DNA of 64,000 nt from the human T2T-CHM13v2.0 reference genome, Homo sapiens. The position numbers were made by a program, and so were the translations under genes. Positions 1-13,179 of the stretch are shown here, piece by piece; position 1 is the stretch's first letter, and each line of letters starts with the position of its first letter. The stretch lies in the NCBI RefSeq assembly GCF_009914755.1, contig NC_060934.1; one strand, written 5' to 3'. Under the pieces are notes generated by a model that was given only the letters and a program-made list of their open reading frames with translations, was not told where the DNA came from and ran no database searches.

Positions 1-369
1 TGGAATAAACCTGCCCCATACCCTTGGGGAACAGTGTGGCCTAGTGGGTCATATCGGGCTGTCTCATAGGCCCGTGTGGCCCATCTGCGTGGAGGACTGG
101 TTCTACCTGAGGATAAGTAATATGAGAGATGATTTCTATACTAAAATAATCACACACGTTGTCTTGTACAATACAATGCTTAACCTTTATTTTAAAGATA
201 AAACATGGCACAGTCAAGCTGCCGTTACAGCTCTGTGTTCTTTCTGGGTTACCTGTTTACACACTTTTGTATATTAGACTATTTCAGTCACAGACCTTGC
301 GAGCTGTTGGTACAATCAGAAGCTTTTGTGTTGAGGACTCAGTGGACATGTGCTCAGAGGCTCTCATTA

Positions 370-485
370 AATCTCTCTGGGCCTCAGGTTCTTCCTCTCT
401 GCTGTGGGAACCAAATGCTAGGTATTGGTGAGAATTAAATGGGAGAACATCTGGCACAGATAATGGCTAAGATGTTTAAGTTCCT
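370..485 (+). mobile_element. MIR fragment
   Basis: tctctctgggcctcaggttc...gagaattaaatgggag...ctggcacagata resembles the MIR core and 3' end; approximate. Confidence 0.5.
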
Positions 486-1297
486 CCTCCTAATTATGAT
501 GGTAGTAGTGACGATGGATAGTGCCTCCTGTAGTTCGGAAGGAGGAAGTTAATTCTGGGTGGGAGGTGGTCAGCAGAAGTTCCAGAAAGGAAGGAAGTTC
601 GGTTATGAAAGAGGGATGAAATTTGGATAGTGGACAAGAGACAGTTTCAGGTGGAGAGAGAAGCCCAGACATGGGAGCTGGAGAGTTGGGCAGGGGTGGG
701 GCAGCAGCAGCAGCCAGGCCATGGGGAAGTGTGACATGGGGACTGGGCAAGGCCAGGAGGGAAGCCCAGGAGTGACTTGTGGGACCCTGAGTGCCAAGCA
801 GGGATTTGGACATCGCCTTTTGGAAAGGCAGGGCTTTAGAAAGGTGTGTGCGGTGGTGGGATGCAGTGTTCACAATTTCCTGGTGAGCTGATCCTTATGG
901 GTCCCCCACCCCTCAGCAGGTATCTAGAAAGATTATCTTGGGCATAAAGTGACCTCTGCCCTCCCTGTTTGTCAGAAGCTCTTGCTCCTGGCTCTTGGGG
1001 TTAGGTTTTCTGCTGCTGCTGGCTTTACCCTGCAGTTGGTTGAAGGGTTTCCAGTTAGTCTTTGGAGGCTGACAGTGTAGGACCTGGTTTCACCTGAGCT
1101 TGGGGCCCTGCTCCAGGGAGAGAGCTGTTGTGGGGGTCATGATGTTTCTGGGGTTGTGGATCTCTGACTTGTGGCAGAGCTTCGTGGAAGGACACTGGAG
1201 GCACAGCACTTGCTCTTACCCACATGTTGCTCTTTTCCTCCATGACTTTGAGATCCTTAAATACGTTACCTTTTTAGAACTGGTGGTGGCTTTGACT

Positions 1298-1345
1298 TCT
1301 GTACGTTGGATGAAAATGAAATCTGTACGTTGGATGAAAATGAAA
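1298..1345. repeat. Perfect 24-bp tandem duplication TCTGTACGTTGGATGAAAATGAAA x2
   Basis: Copies at 1298-1321 and 1322-1345, followed by TCT. Confidence 0.95.
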
Positions 1346-1465
1346 TCTTCAAAAATCTTAAAATGAGTTAATTTTTTCCTGTTTCTTTTTTTCCTTCTCT
1401 GTTGGTGATTTGGTTTACAGGTTCATGATCTATAATATTCAGTTTTAAGTTTTATATTTGGTAAC

Positions 1466-1819
1466 TGTATTAATCTTTTCTCACACTGCTAATAAAGATA
1501 TACCTGAGACTGGGTAATTTATAAAGAAAAAGAGGTTTAATGGACTCACAGTTCCACATGGCTGGAGAGGCCTGACAATCATGGCGGAAGGCGGAAGACA
1601 TGTCTTACGTGTCAGCAGGCAAGAGAAGAAATGACAGCAGGGGAAATGTCAAACGCTTATAAAACCATCAGAACTTGTGAGAACTCACTATCATGAGAAC
1701 AGTATGAGGGAAACCACCCCCACGATTCAGTTATCTCCACCCGGCCCCACCATTGACACATGGGGATTATTACAATTCAAGGTGAAATTTGGGTGGGGAC
1801 ACAGAGCCAAATCATATCA
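1466..1819 (-). mobile_element. MaLR solo LTR (THE1/MSTA-like)
   Basis: tgtattaatcttttctcacactgctaataaagatatacctgagactgggtaattt...ggggacacagagccaaatcatatca is the reverse complement of a THE1/MST LTR. Confidence 0.88.
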
Positions 1820-2007
1820 GTGTCACTTGACGGAACTGGGTTTGCAATGCCAGGATCCTTGAGAGTCTGATGTCACATTTGCTGTGTCTTCAGGCAAAGG
1901 CCTAATAATTTGAAATCAAATTTTTCCCTAGGTGTGGCCTTAGGATCAACATTCATAGAACACTTTTCAATAAATTATTATTTGGCTATTTAAAGTATCA
2001 TTTTCAG

Positions 2008-2282
2008 GCACTTTGGGAGGTGGAGAGGGGAGGATCACTTAAGCCCAGGAGTTCGAGATCAGCTGGGTAACATGGCAAAAACCTGCCTCTACAAAAAATA
2101 CGAAAATTAACCAGTCATGGTGGCATGTGCCTTTAGTCCCAGCTACTTGGGAGGATGAGTTGGGAGTATTGCTTGAGCTGGGGAGGCAGAGGTTACAGTG
2201 AGCCGAGATCACACCACTACGCTCCAGCACTCTAGCCTGGGCGACAGAGCCAGACTCTGTCTCAAAAAAAAAACCAAAAAAC
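2008..2282 (+). mobile_element. Alu (AluJ-like), 5'-truncated
   Basis: gcactttgggagg...ggatcacttaagcccaggagttcgag...gactctgtctc followed by an A-tail. Confidence 0.9.
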
Positions 2283-2751
2283 ACCACCACCACCTTTTCG
2301 ATGAAGCTAGTATGAATAGAGTGAGAAAAGGTTTTTTTTCTAGAATTTTATAAAATCTGTAGCCATGTTTAAATACATGTAAACACCTAGCTATCCTGGA
2401 AGCACTGTTTTACTGTTTCCCCTTAGCTTTAGCTGAAACCTTCCAAGTCTTGCTTTTGGGTTGGGAATTTTTTACTTTCTTTTAAAAGTTTTTAAAATTA
2501 ACAATACTAAATAGATAATAAACTGGAAAGGAATGAAAATAGTGTACAGGAAAACTTGTCCCCTTCACCCCACAGCCTACTCTGATCGCTGGATGCCAGT
2601 TCTCTGCTTGGCAGCAAATACTCTTACCAGCTTCTGTGTGTCTCTCTCTCGAGAGTCTCTGCATGCGTATTTATCATCATACAAATGATAGCGTCCAGGA
2701 GACACTGCTGTGGCCCTGCTTATTGTCCATAAAAACATATCTTCAGAGTTC

Positions 2752-3057
<306 letters not shown>

Positions 3058-3229
3058 TAACCATCTTTTTAAGAGTTATATAATATTCTGTTGTATGGCT
3101 GTATCATTGTTAAGTTAACCAGCCCTCTATTAATGGACATTTATTTGTAATCTTTCACTATTATTCAGTGAATATTTTTGTTTATAACAAGTCATTTGGT
3201 ACATGTGGGAGCTATGTAATTGTCGTAAA

Positions 3230-4940
3230 TGTTTCTCCTGTATACATTTAGAACCACAGTAGACATTGTTACACTGTTTGCTTCAATTGTCAAATGTAAT
3301 TTGGAAAATTCAAGAGAAGGAGGAAAGCCTTTTACATTTTACCTTTGTTTTTACACACCCTCTTCTTCCTTTCTTCCTGATGTTCCAAGGTTGATTTATT
3401 TGATTTCCTTTTCACTTAGAGAACTTTGTTTAGCCATTCTTTCAGGGTAGGTCTGCTGGTGACAGTTTCTCTTAGTTTCATGAAAATATCTTGATTTCCT
3501 CTTCATTCCTTAATGATATTTTTGCTGATACAGGATTCTGGGTTGTCACCTCTTTTCTTTCAATCCCTGGCAAGCATCGTGCCACTTTCTTCTGGCTTTT
3601 CCTGTTTTCTGATGAACAATCAGCTGTCATTCAAATTGTTTTTTCCTTATAGGTAGGTGTCATCTTTCTTTGGCTGCTTTGAGGAATTTTTCTGTCTTTA
3701 GTTTTTCAAAGTTTAACTAGCTTTTTGAATCTTGGGTTTCTGTTTCTTGCCAAATTTGGGAACTTTTCAGCTGTTATTTCTTCATATACTTTCCAAGCCC
3801 TGCCCGCTGTCTTTTCTCCCTTGGTACTCTGATGATGAGAATGTTAGTTCTTTTTTCACAGTCCCACAAGTCCCTGTGGCTCTATTATTAGCTTTATTTC
3901 ATTCTGGTCTATTTCTCGATTTCTCTCTATTGTTAAGTTTGGGTAATTTCTTTTGTTCCATCTTTCAGTTCACTGATTCTTTCTTCTGTTCTGCTGTTGA
4001 GCACATCTACTGAGCTTTTTACTTCTGTTGTTATATTTTTCAGTTCTAAAATTTCCATTTGGTACTTGTTTATAGTTTTTATTTGTTTGCTGAGCTGAGC
4101 CTCTTTTTCTTTGCTGCCTCTTTCTCTCTCTCTCTCTTTTTTTTTGTTTCAAGTGTGTGTGTGTGTGTGTGTCCTTGTTCATTGAAGAGTCTTATTATGG
4201 CTGCTTTAAAATCTGTCAGGTAACTTGAACATCTCTGTCATCTCAGTGCTGGCATGTATGTTCTTCATTTCGTACAGCTTGAGATCTAGCTTCTTGGTAG
4301 GATGAGTGATTTTTTTTTTTTTTAATTGAAACCTCCTGGACATTTTGGATCTTATTTAAACCTTCTGTTTTAGTTGACTTATGGCATTGCTCTGGCAGAG
4401 GATGGTGGGCCACTCCCTTGTTACTGCCAGGTGGAGACAGAAGTTCAGGTTTTACTTAGCCGCTGTTGACACTGAGGGGATGTGGCTGGGGCTCTTTGTT
4501 ATAGTTGGTGGGAGTCTCACTTCTCCATGTTGTTTTCATTGATAGTGCAGCAGTGTAGGGAGCTGGTTATTACTGGCAGTGGAGGATGAAAGTCCTGGCC
4601 CCCTACTTGGCCTTCTTGGACCTAGAGGTGTTGGGGCATCTCATTACCACTTCACAATGGCAAAAGTTTAGGCCTCACACTCAGCCTTTGTTGGTGTGGA
4701 TGGGACTGGAGCCACAGTCGTTTTTGGCGCCTGTGGAGTAGAGTGGTTATTATCTAAAAATGTTCTGTCTTGCTAGACAGGCTCCTTTCTGTTCTTTGGA
4801 CAGAGAGAGCAGGTGTTCTTTGGTCTGTACCCTTCATGTTTGCAGATTGTCTCCTTCTTCAGCTTTTATCTGAGATAAGTGAGGCAGAAAGGAAACTCAG
4901 GGAACTCACCCCTGTGCTGTTTCTCATGTCCTTGTGTCCC
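3230..4940 (-). mobile_element. Ancient L1M (5'/ORF1-region) fragment with (TC)n/(TG)n inserts at ~4118-4172
   Basis: T-rich antisense L1M-like text (ggtctgctggtgacagtttctcttagtttc; tttttcagttctaaaatttccatttgg, an antisense ORF1 MEILELKN-like segment); boundaries approximate. Confidence 0.6.
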
Positions 4941-6086
4941 TGGCCACTCTGGAGCAGAGGTTAGCAGAGGTTCTCTGGAAAGGGCCAAGTGGTCTCTGAA
5001 CTGCTCAACTCTGCTGTTGAACCTCAGAGGCAAGCGTAGATGAGATGTAAGAGAACAGGCCTGGCTGCTCCATTTCAGCTTTGCTTATGAAAACAGCCTG
5101 GCCTGGATCTGCCTACCCTCCTCCAGACCCTTGCTTCCCACCCCTCCTAGTGCTGACTCTTTGCTAGATGTCTTCAGAATAAGCTTCAAGTTTTCTTCAC
5201 TGCAGCGTATTCTGCTGTTTTAGACCCCTGTCCGGGGCACAGCTTTGTGGTGGTGATCACCTGTGGGAGAGAACTTCAGAATCAGCTCCTAGAAAGAGTG
5301 ATTCTGGGCAGCAGAAAGGACGGAGCCTAGAGCAGTTTCCAAAGTAGAATGAAGTGTAATTGCACACGTGGGACTCCAGTCCCTGCTTATCTTTACTTCT
5401 GAGAAGCATTACATACATTTGTTAATTATGCTACAAGAGAGGTAGTCTTAACTCATAAACTGAGCTGAAAGAAGTCTAGATTTTCACGTGTCATTGCTAT
5501 TTTAAGACATCTCTTTTCACACATCATTTTGTTTTAACAAGTGTACCTGGGAAGTTAAGGATGGGTGCTCTTATTTCCATTATATTGCTTTGGGTTTTTC
5601 TCTAGAAGAGAGAGTATACAATTGCCAATTCAGAAGTGATTCTATATTGTTAGCACCACTTATAAGACTCCATTTGCCTGAAATGGAAAGGAAGAGTCCC
5701 ATAAGGAGCTAGAATGGGGCCCCATGTGGTATGAGGGTCAGGGAGAGTCTGTAGCACTGACAGGTGTTTTGGCCTCTTCTGAATACCGCCTTGTTTTACC
5801 ATGTTGCAGAATGGAACCATTGTAAGCCAAGAACAAGTTGGCCTTTAAACTGTTGTTAGCAAAGAAGCAGAAGCAGTCTTCTTTGAAATGACTTTCATTT
5901 TGGAAGGAACAGAGACAAGATGAATAAGAGCTTTCCCTGATGTTAAGTGTTTGTGGCCTTAGAGAGTGGTACAGAGTTTCCTATGTATCTGCATTGTGTA
6001 CGTTTCTTGTTTTCTTAATTTTAGGGCCCTATTATTACTATGCTTTAGCTTAGCAATTGGGCTTTTCAATGGAAAAAGCGGTAGGA

Positions 6087-6359
6087 GGCTGGGCGCAGTG
6101 GCTGCGAGGCCGAGGCGGGAGGATCACTTGAGCTCAGGAGTTCGAGACTGGCCTGGGCAACATGGGCGAAACCTCATCTCAACTAAAAATAAAAAAGGAA
6201 ATAGCCAGGGATGGTGGTGTGTGCCTGTAGTCCTAGCTACTTGGGAAGCTGAGGTGGGAGGATTGCTTGAGCCCAGAAGACGGAGGTTGCATGAGCTGAG
6301 ATTGTGCCACTGCACTCCAGCCTGGGTGACAGAGTGAGGCCCTGTATGAAAATAGAAAA
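6087..6359 (+). mobile_element. Alu (AluJ-like) with an internal 5' deletion
   Basis: ggctgggcgcagtggctgcgaggccgagg lacks the tgtaatcccagcactttgg segment; TSD GAAAAAGC(G/A)GTAGG at 6072-6085 and 6360-6373. Confidence 0.9.
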
Positions 6360-8148
6360 GAAAAAGCAGTAGGTTATTAGCATAAACTTGATAAGAGTTC
6401 ATGCTGGTGTATCTTATTTTAAGGTGTAGATGTCTTTAATAAAGTTCATTTCATTAAATGAAGTTAATTACGTATTAATTGTAAAATAAAAATGTGTTTC
6501 TCTGGAAAACAAATTTGGCTGTATGATTTAAAATGATCATACTTAAGAGAATACCCATTGTTGTAAAGTCTGTATGAAAGGAAAAGTTCCCATTTATAGT
6601 TTTAGTTAAAACGATGACATAATTTGAAAGAACTTAGATTCATTGTTGCATTTTAAATAATAGCTTAAAAGTCCTAGTAAAGCAATAGTGAAAGTGTACC
6701 TGGGTATAACACATGGGCTGGCTAGAAATGTCACTTAGCCTGCATGACCCACAGAGTGTTGCCATAACTCCTGATGTGTAGGGCCCTGTTTGCGTTGGAG
6801 TGATGCAGATCTCTGAGGCAGTGCTGGTTGCCCTCCAAGGGCTTATGGTGGTGGTTGGAGAAATAGAACTAAATAAGGGAAAATTAGGTAACCTTGAATG
6901 CTAAGCTTAGAACTTTGAAGCAGAAGCAATGTGAGTCATTAAAAGGACATAAAATTAACTCACAGTTTATTAGCCATCTGCTGTGCATCAGGCTCATAGT
7001 GTGGTGGGAGAGATGGCTTTATAATTGAAAGGTAGTGAAATAATGAGACCGGAGACTCATACAAATTGCCTGGATAGGAGGTACTTTGTTGGGAGTTTAG
7101 GGTGGTCTACCTGCAAGACTTGATATTTGAAAATAGTTTTTAAAAACAAGTAGGAGTTTGCTTGTAGGATGAGAACTTTTTAGTTAAGGGAAAACTGTTT
7201 GAAATACTGAGATATGAAACAGCATGATGTATTTGGTGAGTAGAAGACATTTTCATGTTTGGAACATATAGAGTATGAGTAATGAATTTGGGAGTATGAA
7301 TAAAGAAACTACTGGGGATGGCTACGGGACGGGCTATTGATGTGGTTTGTGTTATTTTCTCCCTTTATTTCATATACAGTCGTGTCACTTAATGAAGGTG
7401 GTATGTTCTAAGAAGTGCTTTCTGAGAAATGTCTCATTAAGTGATTTCGTCATTGTGTGAACATGAGAGAGTGTACTTACCCACAAATCTAGATGGTCTA
7501 ACCTACTACACATGTAGGCTGCATAGTATAGCCTGTTGCTCCTAGGCTACAAACTTGTACAGCATCTGACTGGACTGAATACTTTAGGTAATTTGAACAC
7601 AGTGGTTAAGAACTTGTATATCTAAACATCCCTAAACATGGAAAAGGTACAGTAACAATACGGTATAGAAGATAAAAAATAGTATGCCTGTTTACCATCT
7701 CCATGAATGGAGCTTGTAGGACTGGAAGTTGCTCTGGGTGAGTTAGCAAGTGGGTGGAGAGTGACTCTGAAGGCCTAGAACATTTGTGTATACTACCAGA
7801 GACTTTGCAAACAGTGTACACCTAGGCCACACTAAACTGATACAAAATATTTTTCTTCACTAATAAATTAATCTTAGCTTGCTGTAACATTTTTACTTTA
7901 TAAACTTTAAATTTTTAAAACTTTTTGACTTTTGAAATAACAGTTATAACACAAACACATTGGATAGCTGTACAGAAATATTTTTTTCTTTATATCCATA
8001 CTCTGTATGCTGTTTTCTGGTTTAAAATTTTTATTGTCTTTTTAAACTTTTTTGTTAAAAACAAGACACAAACACACACATTAGCCAGGCCTACACAGGG
8101 TCAGGATCATCAATATCACTGTCTTCCACCAGCACCTCTGTCCCACTC

Positions 8149-8727
8149 TGTAGAAAATGAAGTAGAGGTTCCTCTTCAAAGGGACTTTCCTCGCAGTCTA
8201 ATTGGGAATAAATAGTAGCCTCTCTTAGAAGCAAAATTTACTCAAAGACCTGTGCTAATATTCTTAAATATCTGCTAGCCGTAATAAAGAAAGGAATATA
8301 CTTTGTGTTCTTAGCCCCCATCTTTTAGGCTAGATATTTCCCCTGGCATACCTGTACAGGCCCAAGAAAGCATTAGGTCATAGCCTGTTCCTCTTCCTTA
8401 TTTGGAGGTGTTTTTGCCTTTCTCAGCATTCCACAAGTTACTTCCTCCTTTCCTTTGTTCTCCTCTATGTATGTCTCTTTTGGGATGTTCTAAGTTGCTA
8501 GCCAATCAGGACAAGTACAGAATGTGAGGTCCCATTCCAGCCAATGGAAACTGGACACAGCCATAGGGTGGACGTGTCAGACTATAAATGACCCTGTCTC
8601 TTTTGTGTGTGCTCTCTGGCAAAACTGCTAGCGAGTAGCACCCTTTCTGCAGAAAGTAAATTAGCCTTGCTGAGAGATCCTTTGTCTTAGGGTTGATTTC
8701 TGCGACATTGAATACCCATTTCCAACA
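8149..8727 (+). mobile_element. ERV1 solo LTR, LTR10C-like (HERV-I group)
   Basis: TGTAGAAAATGAAGTAGAGGTTCCTCTTCAAAG...TTTCCAACA with TG...CA ends; flanks CACTC/CACTT; CCAAT at 8502 and 8541, TATAAA at 8583. Confidence 0.78.
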
Positions 8728-8851
8728 CACTTGAAGGGCTTTAGAGGTGACAGCACTCATGGAGCTGTTATCTCCCATGATAGCAAGGCCTTCTTCTGGT
8801 ACCTCCTGCAGGCCCTGCCTGAGGCTGTTTCACAGTTAACTGTTTTTTGGC

Positions 8852-9150
<299 letters not shown>

Positions 9151-9379
9151 TAACTGTTTGACTGGCAGCACAGTAGGTTTGTTTACACCAGCATCATCAC
9201 AAACACAGGAGTGATGTGTTGCACTACATTATGATGTCACTAGGTGATAGCAGTTTTTCAGCTCCATCATAAGCTCAAGGGACTACTGTCATTGATGCAG
9301 TCTGTTGACCAAAACGTTACGCAGTGCATGACTGAATTTTTGTTTTAAAATTTTTTGCAAATGAAATTAGATTTGTATT

Positions 9380-10300
9380 TTGAAAAGGTAATCCTAAGAA
9401 AGCAACGTGGAGAATGGATGTAGGGGTGGAGGAGGCGAGAGGTAGAGATGCTAGGATATTGAATAGTCCGGGCGACAGATGATGAGGACTTAAATCAAGG
9501 TGGTGGAAGCAGTGATGGAAATGAGAGGAGCTTCCAAATAGATTTGGATATATGGGATGAGGGAACAGTAGAGATCAGGGAAATTTTTAGTATTTGTGGT
9601 TTGGCTTCAGGGTGATCAGTGGTGCCATTAACTCAGTTTGGGATTATGGAAAGAAGAGCATGTTTTGGTGGCAGAAGAGTTCACATCTGTGGAACAGTAA
9701 ATGGAACTGCTTGTGGGTGGTTGGCACTGTAGGTCTGGAAGTCAGTGGAGGAGTGTCCCTTAAAAGGTAGATTTTGGTGGGTATTAGAAATAGTTGGAAT
9801 TAAAGGAGGAGATGAGTTTACCCATGAAGGAGAGCCTTTAGAGAAGGAAGTCAAGTTCCAGGTAGAGCCATGCTGCCGCCCTGCTCTTCTGCCTCCCACT
9901 CTCCACCCATGCAGACATTACTAAACCATTACTGCTGTTTCCCACGGAGCCTGTGGGATCCTCAGAATCTTCTCAAGGCAGTGCACTGGAAGGCTGACAG
10001 GAACTGGGGCAAAATGTAAGGGTTAGGGGAAGAGACTGCATGGAGAGACTGAGCAGAGAAGCAGGAGTGGAGTCCGCATTTCTGCCAGGAAGGGTGGAAG
10101 ACTGTTAGAGCTGGAATGTGCTGATGGATTTGGGAAGTAGGAAGTCATTGATGACTCTGGTGAGAACAGTTTTAATTGAGGGAGGGAGACAGAAGCCATG
10201 TTTTGAGGCTATTTGGAGCCAGGAGTAGGAGGTGAGAGACTACTTTTCCTAGGATCTTGACTAGGAAAGGACGGAGGTTGTTTGGAAACCAGAGGGAAGG
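9380..10300 (-). mobile_element. L2 fragments
   Basis: Purine-rich antisense L2 text, e.g. gatggatttgggaagtaggaagtcattgatgactctggtgagaacagttt; approximate. Confidence 0.6.
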
Positions 10301-11597
10301 AGGGGTGGAGCATGTGTGTAGGTGTAGGAAGTAGTTCATATCTTAAATAATCCTTTTATGTAATAATCCTGCTGATACTTGTTCTTTAACATTTTATTTT
10401 GAAACAATTTCAAACTTAAAGTTGGAGTAGACCTGTAATCACCAGTGTTAACACTGTGCCACATTTGCTTTATCATTTTTTTCTTTCTTACTACTTTTTT
10501 TTCTGAACCATTTGAGAGTAAGTTGCAGACAGTAAGTAGGTGCTTTTACTTCTAAATATTTCGTGGTCTTTAGGCTTCGTTTAGCACCCTTTACTCTCAT
10601 AAGAAAAGTCGTTGGGCAGATCTATTAAAAATAACCAGAGTACTCTGCCTGCCTCCTTAAACATTTTGTGGTTATTTGTCTCACGGGAGGATTAAACACA
10701 GGAAATTTGGGACTTGGACTGTACTGGAAACTTCTAAAATATAATTGTTCTTTCAGATTTTGGTCTCTGTTGATTGTTTGCTGATCAACAGAAAAGGTGG
10801 AAGGAAATGATGGCTATTTCAGCCTTTTAAAAATAGTACTAAATGTTCGATTCCACAGTACAATACTTTATCATCTGAGAAGTAAGGTAACAGGTCAGTG
10901 AGGTTCAAAAATCTCTTCAAAATACTTACATGTCAAATGCCTAAAATATTCTCCTTGATGAAGATACTGGACACACATGCTCAGTGAAAAATGTGGAGTT
11001 TTTTTTCCCCACTAAATATAGATTTTCTTTCATTTAAATAGTACTTAATTGTCCTAAATTAACTGACCTCCAGAATGCATTTGTGTGCAAGAAATTGTTC
11101 CTTTGTCCTGTCCCTGCTTTTAGTAAAAGTGTGGTAGTGTAGATTTGCCAGGGATAGTGTGAATTTGGACATGAACTCATGGACAGGAATTGTAATAAGC
11201 TGTCATATCCAGTTTGTGTTTCATGAGCAGCTTCCCTTTGCCAGGGTCTTTGTGGTTAGTGATGATCTTCTTGTTGCCAACCCTGCCTTGTCACTGGCTC
11301 ACTGGATCCTGGATGGAGCAGAGACTGACAGTGCTGGGTTGCTCCTCTTGCCCCTTGTGGGATCTGTGGGGCTGATGGCCCTCTGGGTACCATCCCAGGG
11401 CTGTTCGTTGTTCTCCAGCGGAAGTGTAATAAGCAATTTGTCTCTTCATTCCTGACAGTTTCAAAATTGCATGTCGAGATAAGTTCTAGATTTAAAAATT
11501 AGTGTCTCCTAATTTCTAATGTAATTTTTAGATAAATTGATTATACAGATTTTGGAAAACATATAGTTACCATGTAGGTTAAAGAAAGGTGGTTTAG

Positions 11598-11945
<348 letters not shown>

Positions 11946-12929
11946 TCAAATGTAATCATGTTTCAAAAAGACAGGAGGCTTTACTAGCGATAACGTGGTA
12001 AGCCAGAGAGCAATTTTTATTTATATTTAGGGGCAGATGATGGGGAAACACCACTGTGGTCTTGAGACAGTGGGGTGATTATGACCATCATCATCATTAT
12101 CTCTGTCATTTCTCACACTTCTTGATTTTACCTGCACGTTTCCATTTCTTAAGAAAAACTTGCTAAACCCTAAAATAATATAAATACAATCTTAATTTCT
12201 AAGATTTCAAGAGGTTTGAGGTGTTGTTTAGTAGCAGTGTCATTGCAGTAGCTTGAAATATTTATAAGTAATAACCCAAGGGTAGCATTTCTGCCATGAA
12301 ATGCCAGAAATAATGGGCATGTCTGACACTTTGGGGAGTTTCTTGGCTTCCTGTGATTTCTGTTCTCTGGCTTGCTGAGTCTGTTTGGCACAGGTCGGAT
12401 GTTTGTGCTTGGTCTGGAATTTGAAACACGTGGCTGTAAACCACAGATAGTTTGATAAAGGCATAACAGGCAGGAAAACAAAAGATATGCTTTTAACCAA
12501 AAAATGTAGGCCTGCCCCTGGCATTTCCCGTGATGAAGGTGTTTGAGGCTGTGCTTTGCCGTTCATGGTGTAGCTCCTCATTCGTTTTCAGCTATCAGAA
12601 AGGCCACTTGTTCTGGTGCTCCTTGGCTCAGCTGGCACCAGGTCACTGTCTCATCCTCCAGCCAGTGAAGGAGACCGCCTTCACTGTGGGAACCAGCGGC
12701 TCGCATTTTAATTGTGATCTGGTGACTTCTGTACAGCAGCAGATTGATGACAGCTTTGGAGGGGAACAGGTGGCTCAGTGTGATTGAATCGTTCTTTAAC
12801 TCATTCAACAAGTAATGGCCAAGTACCTGCTCTCTGTTGGACACCATCTGGGGCCCCAGGGCAGTCACGAACAAAGCAGACCGGAGAGAAAACAAAGCAG
12901 GAAGTTAAGGGTGGGGACATGGGTAGGGC

Positions 12930-13150
12930 CGGTGTAGCAGAAATTCTGGAGCCAGGCTGCCTGAGTTGGAATGCGAATTCCCATTACTTGCCGTGTGACT
13001 TTGGCAAGCCCTTTAATTTCTCTATGTCTCTTTCCTCATAGGTAACATGAGGGTAATATTATTATTATATGAGTTGTACTAAATAAATTGGCATGTGTAA
13101 AATTCTTAAAATGGTGCCTGCCATGTAACTACTATGTGTTAGGTATTAGG
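12930..13150 (+). mobile_element. MIR
   Basis: ttctggagccaggctgcctgagttggaatgcgaattcccattacttgccgtgtgactttggcaagccctttaatttctctatgtctc. Confidence 0.75.
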
Positions 13151-13179
13151 ACAGTGCTTATATAAAGGGATGTTATGGT

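Noticed and set aside
10741-10892. Possible exon from tttcAG (10756) to GTAAGG/GTAACA (10882/10887)
   Set aside because: Only moderate splice motifs and no CCNY-like coding content; not distinguishable from background without RNA data.
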